Below, one piece after another: positions 59,071-64,000 of a stretch of DNA of 64,000 nt (positions are counted from its first letter, which is position 1; the number at the start of each line of letters is the position of its first letter). The translations under genes were made by a program, and so were the position numbers. The notes under the pieces were generated by a model. That model was not told the origin of the DNA. It searched no databases and saw only the letters and a list, made by a program, of their open reading frames with translations. The DNA is from Octopus vulgaris (lineage: Eukaryota), in the NCBI GenBank assembly GCA_951406725.2, contig OX597817.1, positions 31,186,001-31,250,000 of the forward strand. Direction: 5' to 3'.

Positions 59071-61016
59071 TATTTTTATATATTCCCCATTTATTTAAAA
59101 TTAGCTCAAAAGCCACACTCCGTTCGGGCTTTTCAGGTAGCTATTGCGGAAGGCTAATTAGGCCTGCAGCCCAAGACTAAAGAGAGCTAAAAAGTATGAC
59201 TATTATAAGTCTATAATGACGATATACCCTTGTGGTTTTTGATCAGAGGTAAAAGACGGATGAGAATTAATTCTGTACTGCGATTATTGTATTGTTCCAG
59301 TCCCAAGTTGAATTCCAACTGTTGACCAATTTGTAAAAATAACAAAGCGAATGTCATTTCTCTTCCCCTTGATGTCTGATGTCATCTGACAAACGCCAAG
59401 CTAGATGGCGTAAATCAGCCAAGTATTACCTGCTAGAAATAACAACCCAAATGATTTTAAGACATATTTCAATGCTCGAAGTTCGAGAGCCAAATCAAGA
59501 GCATATTTTCAATCCCGGGATCATCCTGACTCCAAAGAGGTATAATAGTCTATGTAGAGTAAATGTAGACTGAGATACAGGGGTCCAAGACGGACAGAGA
59601 GAATTTCGCTTTTATTAATATAGATTACACCAGTTGTTATTTTAGGTATTTTAAAGTGAAATTAGAAAACAGTAACTTCGAATTAATGTTTTTAGTGACG
59701 CTAAGAACATTTTATAAAATTGCACTGAAGAATCATATTTCTTGAAAAAGGTACTTTGCATCTCAACATATACAGGAGTGACTGTATGGTAAGTAGCTTG
59801 CTTACCAACCACATGGTTCCGGGTTCAGTCCCACTGCGTAGCACTTTGGTTAGGCGTATTCTACTATAGCCTCGGGCCGACCAAAGCCTTGTGAGTGGAT
59901 TTGGTAGACGGAAACTGAAAGAAGCCTGTCATATATATATGAATATACATATGTGCGCGCACGTGTGTGTGCGTGTATGTGTGTATGTGTGTGAGTGTGT
60001 GTTTGTACCCCACCATGGCTTGACAACTGATGTTGGTGTGTTTACGTCCCTCGTAACTTAGCGGTTCGGCAAATAAGACCGATAAAATAAGTACTAGGCT
60101 TACAAATAATAAGTCTTAGGGCCGATTTCTTCGACTAAAGGCGGTCCTCCAGCATGGCCACAGTCAAATGACTGAAACAAATAAAAGAATAAAAGAACAA
60201 GTAGAAGAAATTCTGAGGATATTTTGACGATTTCAAAGTAAAATTTGCATGATGAAATGCAAATTCAAATACTCTTTTACCCTTTTACTTATTTCAATCA
60301 TTTGACTGTAGCCATGCTGGAGCACTGCCTTTAGTCGAGCAAATCGACCCCAGGAATTATACTTTGTAAGCCTAGTACTTATTCTATCGGTCTCTTTTGC
60401 CGAACCGCTAAGTTACGGGGATATAAACACACCAACATCGGTTGTCAAGCGATATTGAGGGACAAACATAGACACACAAACACACACACACACATATATA
60501 TATACGACGGTCTTCTTTCAGTTTCCGTCTACCAAATTCACTCACAAGGCTTTGGTCGGCCTGAGGCCATAGTAGAAGACACTTGTCAAAGGTGCCACGC
60601 AGTGGGACTGAACCCAGAACCATGTGGTTGGTAAGCCAGCAACTTACCACACAGCCACTCCTGCGTTTATTAATTATTAATAATAAATTCCCAAACATGA
60701 ACAAAATACAAAAATACCTATAAAAAAATACGGTCAAAGAGTTTTAAAAGTGCCTTAAACTTCTACTAATGATCGAAGATGGACCGTATGTATTGGAATT
60801 CATAGCAGTGTATGAAGTATATGGTTACTTGTTTCTGCAATTGTTACCTTTTAAGTGGCTCCAGTTTCTTAGAGCCAGAAGTTATTTTCCGGCTAATCGA
60901 TCATTATATTAGATTTCATTTCGCTGCGGAAGGGAAAACTTCTCAGCAAGTATATAGTCAAGTTAGCAGCCATAATGTGAATTAAGCAACGGAATTTAAG
61001 AACGGGTTCTTATGTA

Positions 61017-61181
61017 CATTATTTACATTATTTACATTTGATGAATATTTGTCCTCATCTTGTTTGTTGTTAACGCAACGTTTCGTCTGATATACCCTCC
61101 AGCCTTCTTCAGGTGTTTTGGGGAAATTTCGAACTTGGGTTCTCATTCCTAAGGTATTTTTTTATGTTATTATTATTATCA

Positions 61182-61255
<74 letters not shown>

Positions 61256-61511
61256 GTTATTGTTGTTGTTGTTGATGATGTTGTTGTCGTTTTGTTGTTC
61301 AGGTCACTGCTTGGAATCGAACTCGGAATCTTGGGGTTTGTAGCCCGCGCCCTTAACCACTACGCCATTTGCCCCCAAGACACCTGAGGAAGGCTGGAGG
61401 GTATATCAGCCGAAACATTGTGTTAACAACAAACAAGATGAGGACAAATATCCGTCGAATGTAAATAATGTAAATAATGTACATAATTCCTCATCTCTTA
61501 AATATAGAACT
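61017..61511 (-). mobile_element. tRNA-headed hammerhead SINE (family D) with inverted terminal copy and 13 bp TSD
   Basis: TSD gggttcttatgta at 61004-16 and 61512-24. tRNA-like head at 61373-61300 (-). HHR motifs at 61072-61117 (-) and 61379-61424 (+). Confidence 0.8.
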
Positions 61512-61771
61512 GGGTTCTTATGTAGTTTTATTAACTGGTTCGAGCGAAGAGTTGTAAACCCCATGAATCACATTACTGCTTGCAGTTAAGATAATAGAAA
61601 ATTTTCTTAAAGTAGTTAGTTCCTTTGCGTATAGCATATGTAATTATAGTTAGCAATATTAACTCAAGAAGGATAAATCGACAGAGAAATGTTCTCGTTT
61701 ATAAGACTATGTAAGGGATCATTAATAAACGTGAACAACATGTCCTCTGGTGAGTTGAAAATTATAATATA

Positions 61772-62140
61772 CTAGCAGTATCGCCCGGCGTTGCTCGGGT
61801 TTGTAAGGGAAATAACTATAAAGCATTTTTAGAGAGTTATAGCCAAAAAATGGAAAAAAATGATGGTAAATTTTTTTTAGTTAAAAAGGTCGAGTTGCGT
61901 CCCCTAGACAGTCTGTGGTTTGTGTTTCTGATTCTCGACCCCATGTCGAATTTATCGATTTTTTTCAGAACTGGGGGAACTTTTCAAAATTTTCGCTGCG
62001 TTAGTTTTGAATTATGACATTGGGCTATGTGTGTGTCAAGTTTCATCAGAATCGGTTGAAAGCCGTGGTCAGGGTGAGGGTACAACATAACAGACACACA
62101 GAAACACACACAGACAAACTGCCGTTTATATATAGAGAGA
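61772..62140 (-). mobile_element. Non-autonomous Helitron
   Basis: a|TC...hairpin...CTAG|t; the 3' end is the same as in 20716-21015. Confidence 0.85.
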
Positions 62141-62279
62141 TTAAGGCACCTAAATAACAATATTATAATATAACAATATTATAGATAAAAGTGGATATCT
62201 CTAAATCAAAGATAATTCATCTAAAATGGAACACAAAAAAATTATTGAAAATTGGATATGTCTAAAATATAAATTAAAC

Positions 62280-63930
62280 GGTCTTGGGGTGTATAGAAAA
62301 TTCAGATTTCGTTATCTGACTTGGAGAAAATTCTAATAAATATCGTTCATCAGATGGGTTTTGGAATCACTGGATTTCAGCAAAACTCTGCAGCAATGTC
62401 TACAGACACCAAAACAATCTGAATGGGTGTTCAAATAAGCTTTATATGGTTTGCAGAGTGTAATATTATAGCCTTCTAAGTGATACATGGTGTATTTGTC
62501 AGTTCTATTAATAGTCTACGTTTTTCTCTAATTCTTTATTTAATTGTGTAGTCAGTGTCTTTATGTTGCCATTCATATTTTGATTAAAAAAATATTTTTA
62601 TCGAAATTTATTTTTCGCTTTATTTCCGAGGTAGTAAAATTAGTATATCTTTATTCGAATACTTCTTCAACCATTCTGATTATTTTGTTTCAGTTTTCCT
62701 GTTCTTGTTTTAAATTTGACTTCTGCTCCATTCATTGCTGCCTCGATATTATAGTCATGATTAAAGAGGTATATAATTTTGCTGTTGCGATTTCATTCAT
62801 CAACTACTAATACCGTCTGTTTAGTGGTTAAATTACTTTTAATGTATACTGTATGTAACTTTCAAGCAGTTTATGGAAAGCGTTATACGAGCTCAAGTAA
62901 TCTCTTGTTTATTTTGGGTTTTAAATGACTGGTGAAACAGATAATATTGCGGGGCTTATTTGTAGATATTTTTAGGAATATAGTTAGTCATAGTTTTCAA
63001 GCAAAAGTGCTATCATAATAGTTTGCTGTAGTATCAGAGATCTATTTGCAAAAAGAAGGGGTTAGAGTTTTATGAATTACATTTCTAAAAATACTTGACG
63101 GATAACAAGTATCTTTATTAACAGATATTCCTCTTCAAAATGTTAGTTGAAGGCTTTATGCATGTAAATGTTAAGCCTTGAGTGATATCTAAGACGTTAG
63201 TTGTTCTTAGATTAGTATTAATCGTGGTTCCTAGTCCTAACAGACTGGAATTGCTTAAATCTTTTCTAACCTTATCTGAGATGTATCCACTGGCGTAAGT
63301 GGATACGTCTAATCTATCATCTCGATAAAAATTAATATTGAAGCTATTGAAATTTTCTTTCAAAGCATCACATAAATATAAGCTGAGATGGCATGCATCT
63401 ACGCTCTTACTTGACTCCTATACTCACATTCAAAGTGAGAAGGCTTCATTATCTAGACATAGGATTTATCTGATTGCAATGTTTTTTTCTGATATGAGTT
63501 ATCCCTACATCTCTTTTAACTGTATCACAATATCTTTTCGTTGCGTGTTCTAAAACCTTCTTGAGTCGAAATCAACAATGTCAAAGTGCATAAATCTAGA
63601 ATTACATTATCGCTAACCCTCTTGAACAACACGATGACAGTGTTACAATCAACCAACTCCTGTAAGTTAGTCACTTCCTGATTTTTTTTTCAATCGTCTT
63701 CTCTATAAACTTTTTACTGATTAGCCCTATAACTGTTTTGGCTGACTTTATTGCTTTAAAGCTACGGTTAACATTTAAAAACATCATTTTGTCATCCTTG
63801 ACTGTAACAAATGCTTCTCGTTTAGGTGGCCATGCGATCCTATTATTTAATCCTATTTCCTTTTTTTACATGTTTAGCTTCTAGATTAATGCCATTACAT
63901 GTTAACACGGCATTTTTACAAGTATTTTCT
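62280..63930 (-). pseudogene. Decayed Penelope-like reverse transcriptase
   Basis: Minus strand AFVTVKDDK, RFMHFDIVDFDS, FYRDDRLDV...DKVRKDL...LGTTINTNLRTTNVLDIT (PLE RT motifs FDIVDFYPSI / YRDD / NFLDVT); many stops. Confidence 0.8.
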
Positions 63931-64000
63931 TATAAGTAACAATTGCAGCGTGGAAGGTGTTTATAAGCCATTTAAGAAATACACAAAAATCGTTAGATTC

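Noticed and set aside
61300-61373. tRNA-like sequences (also 18418-18490, 41428-41495 and 51995-52063)
   Set aside because: A/B boxes are present but there is no complete cloverleaf or acceptor stem; these are SINE heads.

Overview
AT-rich, repeat-saturated eukaryotic (animal) non-coding DNA. The SINE families and microsatellite load resemble an octopus or other coleoid cephalopod genome, which is an inference. No intact host gene was recognised, and almost all listed ORFs are microsatellite or SINE read-throughs. The window contains several tRNA-derived SINE families, decayed R4/Dong-type and CR1/L2-type LINEs, Penelope-like element (PLE) remnants (RT and GIY-YIG), Helitrons, mariner MITEs and a ~2.94 kb tandem duplication. 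The main hidden signal is RNA structure: about seven unrelated repeat families carry hammerhead ribozyme (HHR) motifs, mostly in inverted pseudo-LTR arrangements. Four are unusual: (i) a non-circularly permuted, pseudoknotted ('jumbled') hammerhead whose architecture recurs in two sequence-unrelated families (10566-10638; 53.3-54.5 kb); (ii) a family with a compensatory G3-C8 core swap; (iii) an A6U core variant; (iv) a tRNA-headed, TSD-flanked hammerhead SINE. All ribozyme calls come from pairing by eye; none has been folded computationally or tested.
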